From Oscillospiraceae bacterium (lineage in GTDB: Bacteria > Bacillota > Clostridia > Oscillospirales > Oscillospiraceae): a stretch of DNA of 64,000 nt. Position numbers and translations under genes: made by a program. The stretch spans positions 4,951-68,950 of the forward strand of contig JAHHRR010000001.1 in NCBI GenBank assembly GCA_020025655.1, read 5' to 3'. Shown here piece by piece: positions 36,867-44,806 of this stretch (position 1 is the first letter of the stretch; the number at the start of each line of letters is the position of its first letter). The notes under the pieces are model-generated. The model was not told the DNA's origin. It saw only the letters and a program-made list of their open reading frames with translations, and did no database searches.

Positions 36867-37994
36867 ATGACAAGAATTGATATATTTTCAGGCTTTCTGG
36901 GTGCCGGAAAGACCACTCTCATAAAGAAGCTTATTGCAGAAGGCTATAAGGGTGAAAAGCTGGTTCTTATCGAAAATGAGTTCGGTGAGATAGCTATTGA
37001 CGGCGGCTTTTTGAAGGATGCAGGTGTGCAGATAACCGAGATGAATTCCGGCTGCATCTGCTGCACTCTGGTTGGTGACTTCACCAAGGCACTGAAGCAG
37101 GTTATGGATGACTATGCTCCCGATCGTATAATCATTGAGCCTTCCGGTGTCGGCAAGCTGTCTGATGTTGCAAAGGCTGTCAGCGGCGTTGAGGGCACTC
37201 ATATCGGCTCCAAGGTAACTCTGGTAGACGCAGGCAAGTGCAAGATGTATATGAGAAACTTCGGTGAGTTCTTTAACGATCAGGTAGAGAATGCCGACAT
37301 CATTGTTATGAGCCGTACAGATACCGCTTCCGAGGCAAAGATAAATGCAGCAGCAGAGCTTCTCAAGGCTCAGAATCCTCACGCAAGCCTTATTACTACT
37401 CCCTGGGATAAGCTTAACGGCGAGCAGATCGTTGCTGCTATGAATGAAAAGGGACTCGATGCCCAGATGGAAGAGCTCAAGCATGAGCATGAGCATCATC
37501 ACGAGCATGAACACGATGAGCATTGCTGCTGCGGTCATGACCATGACCACGAGCATGACGAGCACTGCCACCATGACCACGAGCATGACGAGCACTGCCA
37601 CCACGACCACGAGCATGATGAGCACTGCCACCATGACCATGAGCATGACGAGCATTGCCACCACGACCATGAGCATGACGAGCATTGCTCATGCGGCCAC
37701 CATCATCACCATGCTGATGAAGTGTTCACCAGCTGGGGAACCGAGACTCCCAAGAAGTACAGCGAAGCTCAGCTGAGAGAAATCCTGAGCAAGCTGGAGA
37801 ATGAGGAGAAGTACGGTATCGTTCTGAGAGCAAAGGGCATCGTTGATGCTTCCGACGGAGACTGGCTGTACTTTGACTATGTTCCCGAAGAGAGCGATAT
37901 ACGCCGTGGAAGCGCTGCTGTTACCGGCCGTTTCTGCGTTATCGGTTCCAAGTTAAATGAAGAAGCACTGAAGGAGCTGTTTGAGGTTGAGTAA
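36867..37994 (+). CDS. COG0523/CobW-family G3E GTPase (metallochaperone-like) with a His/Cys-rich repeat insert
   Basis: 375 aa. It has the Walker A motif GFLGAGKTT, the COG0523 CxCC motif (GCICCTL), EPSGV, and a His-rich insert HEHEHHHEHEHDEHCCCGHDHD(HEHDEHCHHD)n...HHHHHA. The tail is CobW_C-like. Confidence 0.85.
   Translation: MTRIDIFSGFLGAGKTTLIKKLIAEGYKGEKLVLIENEFGEIAIDGGFLKDAGVQITEMNSGCICCTLVGDFTKALKQVMDDYAPDRIIIEPSGVGKLSDVAKAVSGVEGTHIGSKVTLVDAGKCKMYMRNFGEFFNDQVENADIIVMSRTDTASEAKINAAAELLKAQNPHASLITTPWDKLNGEQIVAAMNEKGLDAQMEELKHEHEHHHEHEHDEHCCCGHDHDHEHDEHCHHDHEHDEHCHHDHEHDEHCHHDHEHDEHCHHDHEHDEHCSCGHHHHHADEVFTSWGTETPKKYSEAQLREILSKLENEEKYGIVLRAKGIVDASDGDWLYFDYVPEESDIRRGSAAVTGRFCVIGSKLNEEALKELFEVE
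37542..37691 (+). repeat. Five tandem copies of a 30-nt unit encoding HDHEHDEHCH
   Basis: Copies lie at 37542-37571, 37572-37601, 37602-37631, 37632-37661 and 37662-37691. They differ only at synonymous C/T positions until the last copy. Confidence 0.92.
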
Positions 37995-38943
37995 GAATAA
38001 AACCATCCCTGTTTACCTGTTTACAGGATTTCTGGAATCAGGTAAAACCACATTTATACAGGATACAATGGGCGATAAGCGCTTCTGCCGTGGCGAGAGA
38101 ACCTTACTTCTGGTCTGCGAAGAGGGCGAAGAGGAATACGAGCCCGACAATTTTGTTGATAAGAAGTACACCTATGTAAAGGTTCTCGAGCAGGAGAGCG
38201 AACTCACCGCCGAGAGTCTTGCAGAGGCACTTAAAGAGAGCAAAGCGGAGCGTGTAGTTGTTGAATACAACGGTATGTGGATGCTGGATACTCTTTATAA
38301 CGCCATGCCCGAGAACTGGGTAATATATCAGGAATTCATGTTTGCGGATGCAGGAAGCTTCCTTACTTATAACGATAATATGCGTTCCTTTGTATACGAT
38401 AAACTCAAGAGCGCAGACCTCTGCGTCTTTAACCGCTTTAAGGACAGCTACGATAAGATGGAGTTCCATAAGATCGTGCGTGGAGCTACCCGCAGCGCAG
38501 ATATTGCCTATGAATTCTCCGATGACAGAATCGAATACGACGACATTAAAGACCCCCTGCCGTTTGATATCGAGGCACCCATTGTGGAAATCGGTGAGCA
38601 GGATTATGCCGAGTGGTACAGAGATATAAATGAAGACCCCGAAAAGTATGACGGCAAAACCGTCAGATTTGTGGGACGTGCTCTTCAGAGAAAGAAAGTT
38701 CCCCACGGCAGCTTCCTTATAGGCCGTCATATTATGACCTGCTGCGTGGATGATATAAGCTTTGCACCTTTTGAGGTTCAGTGGGAGCACGCAGAAGATG
38801 TTCCTAATGATACATGGATAAAGCTTACTGCTGAGATTCAGTACAAGTTCAGCATGGCTTACGGTGAGAAGGGCCCTGTTCTTAAATATGTGGACAGCGA
38901 AAGCTGCAATCCTCCCGAGCAGGAAGTTGCTACCTTCTATTGA
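37981..38943 (+). CDS. G3E-like P-loop GTPase domain (no CxCC) fused to a DUF1980/TIGR03943-like C-terminal Cys-Cys-Asp domain
   Basis: 320 aa. The Walker A motif is GFLESGKTT. The C-terminus DGKTVRFVGRALQRKKVPHGSFLIGRHIMTCCVDDISFAPF resembles the conserved C-terminal domain of DUF1980 proteins, recognised from memory. The TTG start at 37981 overlaps the upstream stop, and AAGGAG lies 4 nt upstream. Confidence 0.6.
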   Translation: MRLSKNKTIPVYLFTGFLESGKTTFIQDTMGDKRFCRGERTLLLVCEEGEEEYEPDNFVDKKYTYVKVLEQESELTAESLAEALKESKAERVVVEYNGMWMLDTLYNAMPENWVIYQEFMFADAGSFLTYNDNMRSFVYDKLKSADLCVFNRFKDSYDKMEFHKIVRGATRSADIAYEFSDDRIEYDDIKDPLPFDIEAPIVEIGEQDYAEWYRDINEDPEKYDGKTVRFVGRALQRKKVPHGSFLIGRHIMTCCVDDISFAPFEVQWEHAEDVPNDTWIKLTAEIQYKFSMAYGEKGPVLKYVDSESCNPPEQEVATFY

Positions 38944-38956
38944 TTAAGGCTGTATT

Positions 38957-39607
38957 ATGAAGTATAAATGCCTGATTTTCGACCATGATGATACAGTAGT
39001 AAATTCTACCGCAACTGTGCATTATCCCAGCTTTCTGGAATATCTGAGTATTTACAGACCGGGAATGAGTATAAGTCTTGAAGATTATTTCATTAAGAAT
39101 TTCCATCCCGGATATATACAGATGTGCAAAGAAGATTTCCATATGACAGATGCAGATCTGGAAGTGGAGACAGAATTCTGGAAGGATTATGTTAAAACCA
39201 GAATTCCCGCAGCCTATGCCGGAATGAGAGAAATAATGCTTGAGCAGAAAAAAGCAGGCGGACTTATATGCGTTATATCCCACTCCTTTAAGGAAAACAT
39301 TATAAGGGATTATGCGGCAAATGCACTGCCTGAGCCTGATGCGGTATATGGCTGGGAGCAGCCGGTCGAAAGAAGAAAACCAAGTGTGTGGCCGGTGCAG
39401 GATATAATGGAGAGCTTTTCTCTTGATGCATCTGAGCTGCTGATGATTGACGATCTTAAACCCGGCTTCGATATGGCAAAAGATGCAGGCATTGACTTTG
39501 TCGGTGCAGGCTGGGCCTATGATGTTCCGGAGATAGAAAACTTTATGCGGAAAAACTGTGGAGCTTATTTTAAAAATGTAAGTGAGCTGGCAGAGTTTCT
39601 GAAATGA
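38957..39607 (+). CDS. HAD-superfamily hydrolase
   Basis: 216 aa. It has motif I (LIFDHDDTVV), motif II (VISHS), a conserved K, and a DD motif (MIDDLKPGFDMA). Confidence 0.75.
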   Translation: MKYKCLIFDHDDTVVNSTATVHYPSFLEYLSIYRPGMSISLEDYFIKNFHPGYIQMCKEDFHMTDADLEVETEFWKDYVKTRIPAAYAGMREIMLEQKKAGGLICVISHSFKENIIRDYAANALPEPDAVYGWEQPVERRKPSVWPVQDIMESFSLDASELLMIDDLKPGFDMAKDAGIDFVGAGWAYDVPEIENFMRKNCGAYFKNVSELAEFLK

Positions 39608-39612
39608 AAATT

Positions 39613-39642
39613 AACGGCGGTCTTATTATGACCGCCGTTTTT
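39613..39642 (+). terminator. Rho-independent terminator of the GTPase-HAD operon
   Basis: AACGGCGGT-loop-ACCGCCGTT followed by TTT. Confidence 0.8.
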
Positions 39643-39649
39643 ACATTCC

Positions 39650-39678
39650 TTGACCTGCCTTGGAATGTAGCCTATAAT
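39650..39678 (+). promoter_or_regulatory. Sigma-A-type promoter preceding a ~155-nt leader of the GT2 gene
   Basis: TTGACC (39650-39655), a 17-nt spacer, then TATAAT (39673-39678). Confidence 0.6.
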
Positions 39679-39836
39679 TAAAAAATAAAATCGCCGTGAA
39701 GTATTAAGCGGCTGCCTGGGCAGCTTTATAATATCAAGGCGGAATTTGAGATATAATAGTACACAGATGCTCAGGCCGGAGCTCAGCATGACAGAGCAGC
39801 CGACCGATTAAATGCGCAAAGACAAGGAGCGTAACT

Positions 39837-40793
39837 ATGCCGCCTATACTTTATATAGTTATACCGTGCTATAACGAGCAGGAGGTTCTGCCTGTAACTG
39901 CCCCCATGTTTCTGGAAAAGATAAACTCTCTTTCGGAAAAGGGCAAGATAAGCTCTGAGAGCAGAATACTGTTTGTTAATGACGGCAGCAAGGATAAAAC
40001 ATGGGAGATTATTTCCGAGCTTTCAAAGCAGGACTGCCATTATATAGGCATTTCCCAGAGCCGAAACCGTGGTCACCAGAATGCGGTTCTTGCAGGACTT
40101 ATGGAGGCAAAAGACCGCTGCGATATAACAATATCCATAGACTGTGACGGTCAGGACGATATAAATGCTATGGATCAGATGGTAGATGAATACCTCGGCG
40201 GCTGCGAGATAGTTTACGGCGTCCGTTCCAGCCGTGAAACTGATACGTTCTTTAAACGCTTTACCGCTCAGAGCTTTTATAAATTCCTTTCAGCCATGGG
40301 TGCCGAAGTGATATATAACCATGCAGATTACAGGCTTATAAGCGCCAGAGCCTTAAAAGAACTTGCAAACTTTAAGGAGGTTAACCTTTTCCTCAGGGGA
40401 ATGGTTCCGCTGGTGGGCTTTAAGAGTACATCGGTAAGCTATGCAAGAGCCGAAAGAATTGCAGGGGAGAGCCACTATCCGTTTAAAAAAATGGTGGGTC
40501 TTGCAATGGACGGCATAACGAGCCTCTCTGTGAAGCCCCTGAGACTTATTACGAGCTTTGGGGTTATAGTTGCACTTCTGAGCTTTATAGGCGTCATATG
40601 GGCCATTGTGACGGCTCTGCGGGGCAATGCGGTTGCAGGATGGGCGAGCATGACCTGTATAGTGTGCTTTGTGAGCGGGGTGCAGCTTATCTGCCTCGGC
40701 ATAATAGGGGAGTATATAGGCAAAATCTATATGGAAACCAAAGCCAGACCCCGTTATATTATAAGCGAAAGAACATGGGAAGAAGAAAAATAA
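39837..40793 (+). CDS. Family 2 glycosyltransferase, GtrB/CsbB-like polyprenyl-phosphate sugar synthase with 2 C-terminal TM helices
   Basis: 318 aa. YIVIPCYNEQEVL, VNDGSKD and a DCDGQDD (DxD) motif are present, with C-terminal TM helices. Confidence 0.85.
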   Translation: MPPILYIVIPCYNEQEVLPVTAPMFLEKINSLSEKGKISSESRILFVNDGSKDKTWEIISELSKQDCHYIGISQSRNRGHQNAVLAGLMEAKDRCDITISIDCDGQDDINAMDQMVDEYLGGCEIVYGVRSSRETDTFFKRFTAQSFYKFLSAMGAEVIYNHADYRLISARALKELANFKEVNLFLRGMVPLVGFKSTSVSYARAERIAGESHYPFKKMVGLAMDGITSLSVKPLRLITSFGVIVALLSFIGVIWAIVTALRGNAVAGWASMTCIVCFVSGVQLICLGIIGEYIGKIYMETKARPRYIISERTWEEEK

Positions 40794-40842
40794 AAGTCTC
40801 GGGGCGTATTGTCAGCGCCTGACAGAAAATCTATTCATAAAG

Positions 40843-40880
40843 AAACGGAGTGTATCCAATTAAGATACACTCCGTTTTTG
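40843..40880. terminator. Bidirectional terminator between the convergent GT2 and AAA-CYTH genes
   Basis: AACGGAGTGTATC-CAATTAA-GATACACTCCGTT hairpin followed by TTT. Confidence 0.85.
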
Positions 40881-40922
40881 TAATTTTAAGTCTTACATAT
40901 TTATTCCGCAAAACTATTTTTA

Positions 40923-42029
40923 TTAAAGCACCTGAGTTGCGGCAAGACGGCGGTTTTTATAGTTCACATCACCGCTGACGTTTTTTATGACCTGAAGCTC
41001 AGGAGGCATATCTGCAAGCTGTATCGGTCTGCCGTATACGAACAATATAGCTTTATCCTGACTGAAGGGATAGACATCAATTTCCATACGGCGGCCCTGA
41101 TATGAAAAACGATACTTGGTTTTTACAACAGAATGCAGGCTTGTATCACCTTCCATGAGGTATGCAACGTATTCCTTCTGAGAAATAGGACGCTCAGTTA
41201 CCCAGCGTGTGCCGTCCTCACCGATACGCTTTTCGGTGTAGAAGTACAGATACTCACTGCCGTTTTTCTGCTGGCGGATGCGGCGCTCCACATTGGGAAT
41301 GACAGAGCGGAGATAGGTCTGCATCATTTCAATGCTCTGACCGCCGTACTTCTTGCCAATCAATTCGCAGTCGGGCATTGCAACAAGGTATTTGCTCTTT
41401 TCAACCTCCGGCGCACTCTGACCGACAATACGGTAAATCTGAGCTATGGCACGGCTGATTTTATCCTCAAAATCAACAGAGTTGTCAATAATATATAAAC
41501 GGGGATGAGCACTCCATGCCTGTAAGGTCAGATCATCCTTTTCACGTGCAGTCTCTATGCTCTCGTATCTGGCGGCATTGCCGAAATTATATGCAAACTC
41601 AGCACCCTTTGCGCAGGTTACGAGGTGCAGAACAGCGTCATAGTTCTGCAGAAGCTCCTCTTCGGTTTTGCCGAAGCGGGCCAGAGTCTTTTTGAACTGC
41701 TCAGGGCTTATGTATGCTTTATTGTCCAGATGTGCCCTGTCAAATATAATAAGTACCTTATCCTCAGGCACCATCTGAGCGGCAGCCATTGCCATTTCCT
41801 CATTGTGCAGCATATCAGAGGTAACAAAATACTGGAAGTCCTCCATGGAAATACAGTTACCGAAAGGCTTAATGCCAAAGCCGGAGATAAGCTCAGTTGC
41901 GGTCTCTGGAACCGTGATTACTTTCCAGCCGTCCTCCTGCTTGAACTCCTGAAGAATACGGCTTATAAGTGTAGTCTTACCGGCAGCGGGCCCGCCGGTC
42001 AGAACGATTTTGGTAATTCTTTTTGACAT
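40923..42029 (-). CDS. AAA_28/NadR-like P-loop NTPase (kinase-like) fused to a CYTH (triphosphate tunnel metalloenzyme) domain
   Basis: 368 aa. The N-terminus is IVLTGGPAAGKTTLISRI...VPETATELI. The C-terminal half starts with the ExExK-like EVEKSKYLV and contains RRIRQ, YFYTEKR and MEIDVY strands typical of CYTH. Confidence 0.62.
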   Translation of the reverse strand: MSKRITKIVLTGGPAAGKTTLISRILQEFKQEDGWKVITVPETATELISGFGIKPFGNCISMEDFQYFVTSDMLHNEEMAMAAAQMVPEDKVLIIFDRAHLDNKAYISPEQFKKTLARFGKTEEELLQNYDAVLHLVTCAKGAEFAYNFGNAARYESIETAREKDDLTLQAWSAHPRLYIIDNSVDFEDKISRAIAQIYRIVGQSAPEVEKSKYLVAMPDCELIGKKYGGQSIEMMQTYLRSVIPNVERRIRQQKNGSEYLYFYTEKRIGEDGTRWVTERPISQKEYVAYLMEGDTSLHSVVKTKYRFSYQGRRMEIDVYPFSQDKAILFVYGRPIQLADMPPELQVIKNVSGDVNYKNRRLAATQVL

Positions 42030-42307
42030 GGGATATCCCTCCTAAAAACGAATAGTATTTTAACATCAATTCCTTTTTTCTTCAATAGCGGGTGAAAATA
42101 TTACAGCAGGTTTATGGAAAATAAGAAAAATCACGGAAAAATTCAAACATTTTACAAAGATTTAAAAGTGGATAAGTTTGACACAAATGCCCCGCATCTG
42201 ACAGTGAAGAAAAGCGAAAAACAGAGAGAAAAGAGGTAAAATGGTGGACTGGTGGGGGATAAACCTCAAAAATACGCCGAAAAACAGGCTAAAGTACAGG
42301 AGAAGTC

Positions 42308-42336
42308 TTGACGAAAGCCCAAAGAAGATGTATTAT
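42308..42336 (+). promoter_or_regulatory. Sigma-A-type promoter of the zinc-ribbon membrane protein gene
   Basis: TTGACG (42308-42313), a 17-nt spacer, then TATTAT (42331-42336). Confidence 0.55.
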
Positions 42337-42388
42337 TTACAAGTAGTTTAATGCTTATTTCTATTCCCAACAGAATGGAGGAACTTTT

Positions 42389-43048
42389 ATGAGCATGATC
42401 CCTCAAGTAAAATGTCGCCGCTGCGGAGCAAGCTTTTCTGCACTGCGCAGCAGTTGTCCTAATTGCGGAACTCGCCGAGTGACTCAAAGCGGACGCACTC
42501 CCGGTGCAACACCGGGAACGGTCAAAGGTACTGCCTCATATGAGCGTGCTGAGACTAATACAAAATGGCAGATGATTTTCGGCCTGATTCTGGTCGTTGC
42601 GGTTATTCTGGCGGTTATCGTTATGGTTACCACCAGTCTTAAATCCCCGGAGGGTATTCCCGGAAGCAAGGTGACACCGCCTATTGTGGATGAGATTACT
42701 CCCCCTGTTATCGAGGCACCGCCTACCACGCCTCCTCCCCCTCCTCCCACTATTGAGAAGATTTCAATTCTCTTTGGTACAAGGCTTATGAATGAAGGTC
42801 CGGAGACATGGCCTACTCAGAAGGTTGGACAGGAGATCAAGTACACGGCTCAGGCTTACCCCGTGGGTCTCACAGGACTTGAATTTAAGTGGTCCACCAG
42901 CGATGACACTGTGTTTGAGCTTACTCCCGAAGAAAACGGTACCTACTGCACTATCAAGTGCCTTAAGCACCAGCCCGGCGGAGCTAAGATTACAATCGAG
43001 TGCTTCGGAAAGACCACAGAGTTCAATATCTATACCTCAGAAGGCTGA
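42389..43048 (+). CDS. Zinc-ribbon membrane protein with a Pro-rich linker and an extracellular Ig-like (Big_2-like) domain
   Basis: 219 aa. It has the zinc ribbon CRRCG...CPNCG, the TM helix IFGLILVVAVILAVIVMVTT, a PPTTPPPPPP stretch, and a beta-rich C-terminus. Confidence 0.6.
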   Translation: MSMIPQVKCRRCGASFSALRSSCPNCGTRRVTQSGRTPGATPGTVKGTASYERAETNTKWQMIFGLILVVAVILAVIVMVTTSLKSPEGIPGSKVTPPIVDEITPPVIEAPPTTPPPPPPTIEKISILFGTRLMNEGPETWPTQKVGQEIKYTAQAYPVGLTGLEFKWSTSDDTVFELTPEENGTYCTIKCLKHQPGGAKITIECFGKTTEFNIYTSEG

Positions 43049-43069
43049 TCTCAAAATTTAATCTGCTAG

Positions 43070-43102
43070 AAAAAAGCGGCAGTTCGTTCTGCCGCTTTTT
43101 TT
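43070..43102 (+). terminator. Rho-independent terminator
   Basis: AAGCGGCAG-TTCGTT-CTGCCGCTT followed by TTTTTT. Confidence 0.85.
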
Positions 43103-43133
43103 ACGGTAAAATTAAAAAAGTTTGAAAAAGTTC

Positions 43134-43162
43134 TTGACATTTAGGCACAATTCGTGTAGAAT
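43134..43162 (+). promoter_or_regulatory. Near-consensus sigma-A promoter of tRNA-Val
   Basis: TTGACA (43134-43139), a 17-nt spacer, then TAGAAT (43157-43162) with TG at -15/-14. It ends 21 nt before the tRNA 5' end. Confidence 0.75.
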
Positions 43163-43183
43163 ACAATCCGTTGACAGAGAGAT

Positions 43184-43259
43184 GGACGATTGGCGCAGCT
43201 GGTAGCGCATCCGCTTGACGTGCGGGAGGTCACAAGTTCGAGTCTTGTATCGTCCACCA
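43184..43259 (+). tRNA. tRNA-Val (anticodon GAC), CCA-encoded
   Basis: GGACGATTGGCGCAGCTGGTAGCGCATCCGCTTGACGTGCGGGAGGTCACAAGTTCGAGTCTTGTATCGTCCACCA. The acceptor stem is GGACGAT/ATCGTCC. The anticodon stem TCCGC/GCGGG closes the loop TTGACGT. The T-arm is ACAAG-TTCGAGT-CTTGT. Confidence 0.95.
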
Positions 43260-43260
43260 A

Positions 43261-43291
43261 AAGAACTTCACTGATGTGAAGTTCTTTTTTT
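43261..43291 (+). terminator. Terminator of tRNA-Val
   Basis: AAGAACTTCAC-TGAT-GTGAAGTTCTT followed by TTTTT. Confidence 0.85.
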
Positions 43292-43343
43292 GTTAAGTAC
43301 ATTCAGAATACCAATCTTAATTGAGGTCGGAGACCTAGTCGCA

Positions 43344-43384
43344 AAAATAAAAGCTCATCCGTTATTCGGATGAGCTTTATTTTT
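43344..43384. terminator. Bidirectional terminator downstream of gtrA
   Basis: AAAGCTCATCCG-TTATT-CGGATGAGCTTT hairpin with an A-rich 5' flank and a T-rich 3' flank. Confidence 0.85.
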
Positions 43385-43876
43385 TTATTTATTTTCGTTT
43401 TCCTCTTCCTGAGTACCTTTAAAAACAAAGAAGCGCTGGCCGATGTAATTTAATGCCACGAAGAAGCACATACCGGCAAGCATAGCCATGTTTGCCTGCA
43501 TGGATACGGATGCACCGGAGAAAATGGCCCGTGCCACAGGCTTTGCAACACCGTAGGCTATAAGATAGCACAGGGAAATGTTGATAACAAAGCGGTACAT
43601 GGTCTGACGGGTGTTGGTTTTGCTCTTAAAAGTAAAGGTTTTGTTGAGAAAATAGCTGAGAATGGAGCCCAGAATGTAGTTTGCTGCACTGGACACCCAG
43701 TATGCCCATGAGCTGTCATGGTAGTTTTTGAAAGCGAGATTATAAAGTAAAAACATTACGGCGGTGCCGAAAATAGTATTTGCAACACCTACAAGAATGA
43801 ATTTCCAGAAGGTTTTATCAAAGAACTTCTGGCAGAACTCCTTAAAACGCTGAGAAAAAGGTTTTTTATCGCTCAT
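43385..43876 (-). CDS. GtrA family membrane protein (polyprenyl-phosphate-sugar flippase-like)
   Basis: 163 aa with 4 TM helices. FWKFILVGVANTIFGTAVMFLLYN and FVFK near the C-terminus are typical of GtrA. Confidence 0.85.
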   Translation of the reverse strand: MSDKKPFSQRFKEFCQKFFDKTFWKFILVGVANTIFGTAVMFLLYNLAFKNYHDSSWAYWVSSAANYILGSILSYFLNKTFTFKSKTNTRQTMYRFVINISLCYLIAYGVAKPVARAIFSGASVSMQANMAMLAGMCFFVALNYIGQRFFVFKGTQEEENENK

Positions 43877-44792
43877 TTTTACCTCCGACTGTCTGGGAGA
43901 TGATGTAACGGGGTCTGCCCTTTATCTCCTCGTAAATTCTGGCCACATAGTAACCTATAATACCAAGGCTTATCATTATAAGGCTTGCAGAGAACAGCAG
44001 AAGCAGAATAACAGTGGTAAAGCCTCCCAGAGCCACACCGGCAATCTTCTGTACAAGAGCGATTACACCCATGACTACTGAGGTGATCAGCATAATAATG
44101 CCCAGAATGGTTATAAGATGCAGTGGAGCAGAGGAGAAGGAGCCTATATTTGTTACAGCGTATTTAATAAGCGAAGATGTAGACCACTTGCTTTCGCCGA
44201 CGGTGCGTTCCTGAACCTTGTAGCTGACGGTTGTTTTCTTAAAGCCTACCCAGAAGGAGAGCGCACGGAAAAATACATTGCGCTCGGGCATCTGATTCAG
44301 CGTGTCCACTACTTTGCGGTCAAGGAGCTTGAAGTCGGAAGAGGAGGACATATCCATGCCGGTGGCCTTGCTGATGAGCTTATAGAAGCTGCCGGCGGCA
44401 AAGCGATGCATTACACTTTCCTGACCTCTGTCCTCTTTTATGCCCTCGATTACTTCATAGCCCTGTTCCCAGAGCCTGTACATCTCTACAATCTTCTCAG
44501 GGGGGTGCTGAAGGTCGCAGTCAAGAACAACGCAGCAGTCGCCTGATGCTCTCTCAAGGCCTGCGAACATAGCGGATTCTTTTCCGAAGTTGCGGCTGAA
44601 GTGCAAACCTACAACATGGGGGTTAGCTTCACTTGCAGCAACAATTTCGTTCCAGGTGTTGTCTTTTGAACCGTCATCCACAAACAGAAGCTCGTGGTCG
44701 ATGCCTGCCCCGTCCAAAATGTCTGTAATGGTTTTAGAGGCTACGGCAATCATTTTTTCCTCGTTATATGAGGGTAAGATTACAGAAAGCAT
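43866..44792 (-). CDS. Family 2 glycosyltransferase, GtrB-like polyprenyl-phosphate glycosyltransferase
   Basis: MLSVILPSYNEEKMI, VDDGSKDNT and DCDLQHPP are present, with 2 C-terminal TM helices. The ATG at 44792 has GGAG 8 nt upstream; the track GTG start at 44810 is less likely. Confidence 0.87.
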   Translation of the reverse strand: MLSVILPSYNEEKMIAVASKTITDILDGAGIDHELLFVDDGSKDNTWNEIVAASEANPHVVGLHFSRNFGKESAMFAGLERASGDCCVVLDCDLQHPPEKIVEMYRLWEQGYEVIEGIKEDRGQESVMHRFAAGSFYKLISKATGMDMSSSSDFKLLDRKVVDTLNQMPERNVFFRALSFWVGFKKTTVSYKVQERTVGESKWSTSSLIKYAVTNIGSFSSAPLHLITILGIIMLITSVVMGVIALVQKIAGVALGGFTTVILLLLFSASLIMISLGIIGYYVARIYEEIKGRPRYIISQTVGGKNER

Positions 44793-44806
44793 AATCTGTT
44801 CTCCAA

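Noticed and set aside
36888-37776. ORFs in alternative frames and on the antisense strand across the His-rich repeat (36888-37685 minus, 37444-37776 plus, 37477-37692 minus).
   Set aside because: They are artefacts of the periodic 30-nt repeat, which stays open in several frames. Only the frame continuous with the COG0523 GTPase motifs is credible.
42241-42351. A 36-aa basic ORF (MVDWWGINLKNTPKNRLKYRRSLDESPKKMYYLQVV) with an AGAGG site 4 nt upstream.
   Set aside because: It overlaps the predicted promoter of the downstream gene. Nothing supports it beyond the presence of an ATG and a weak RBS.
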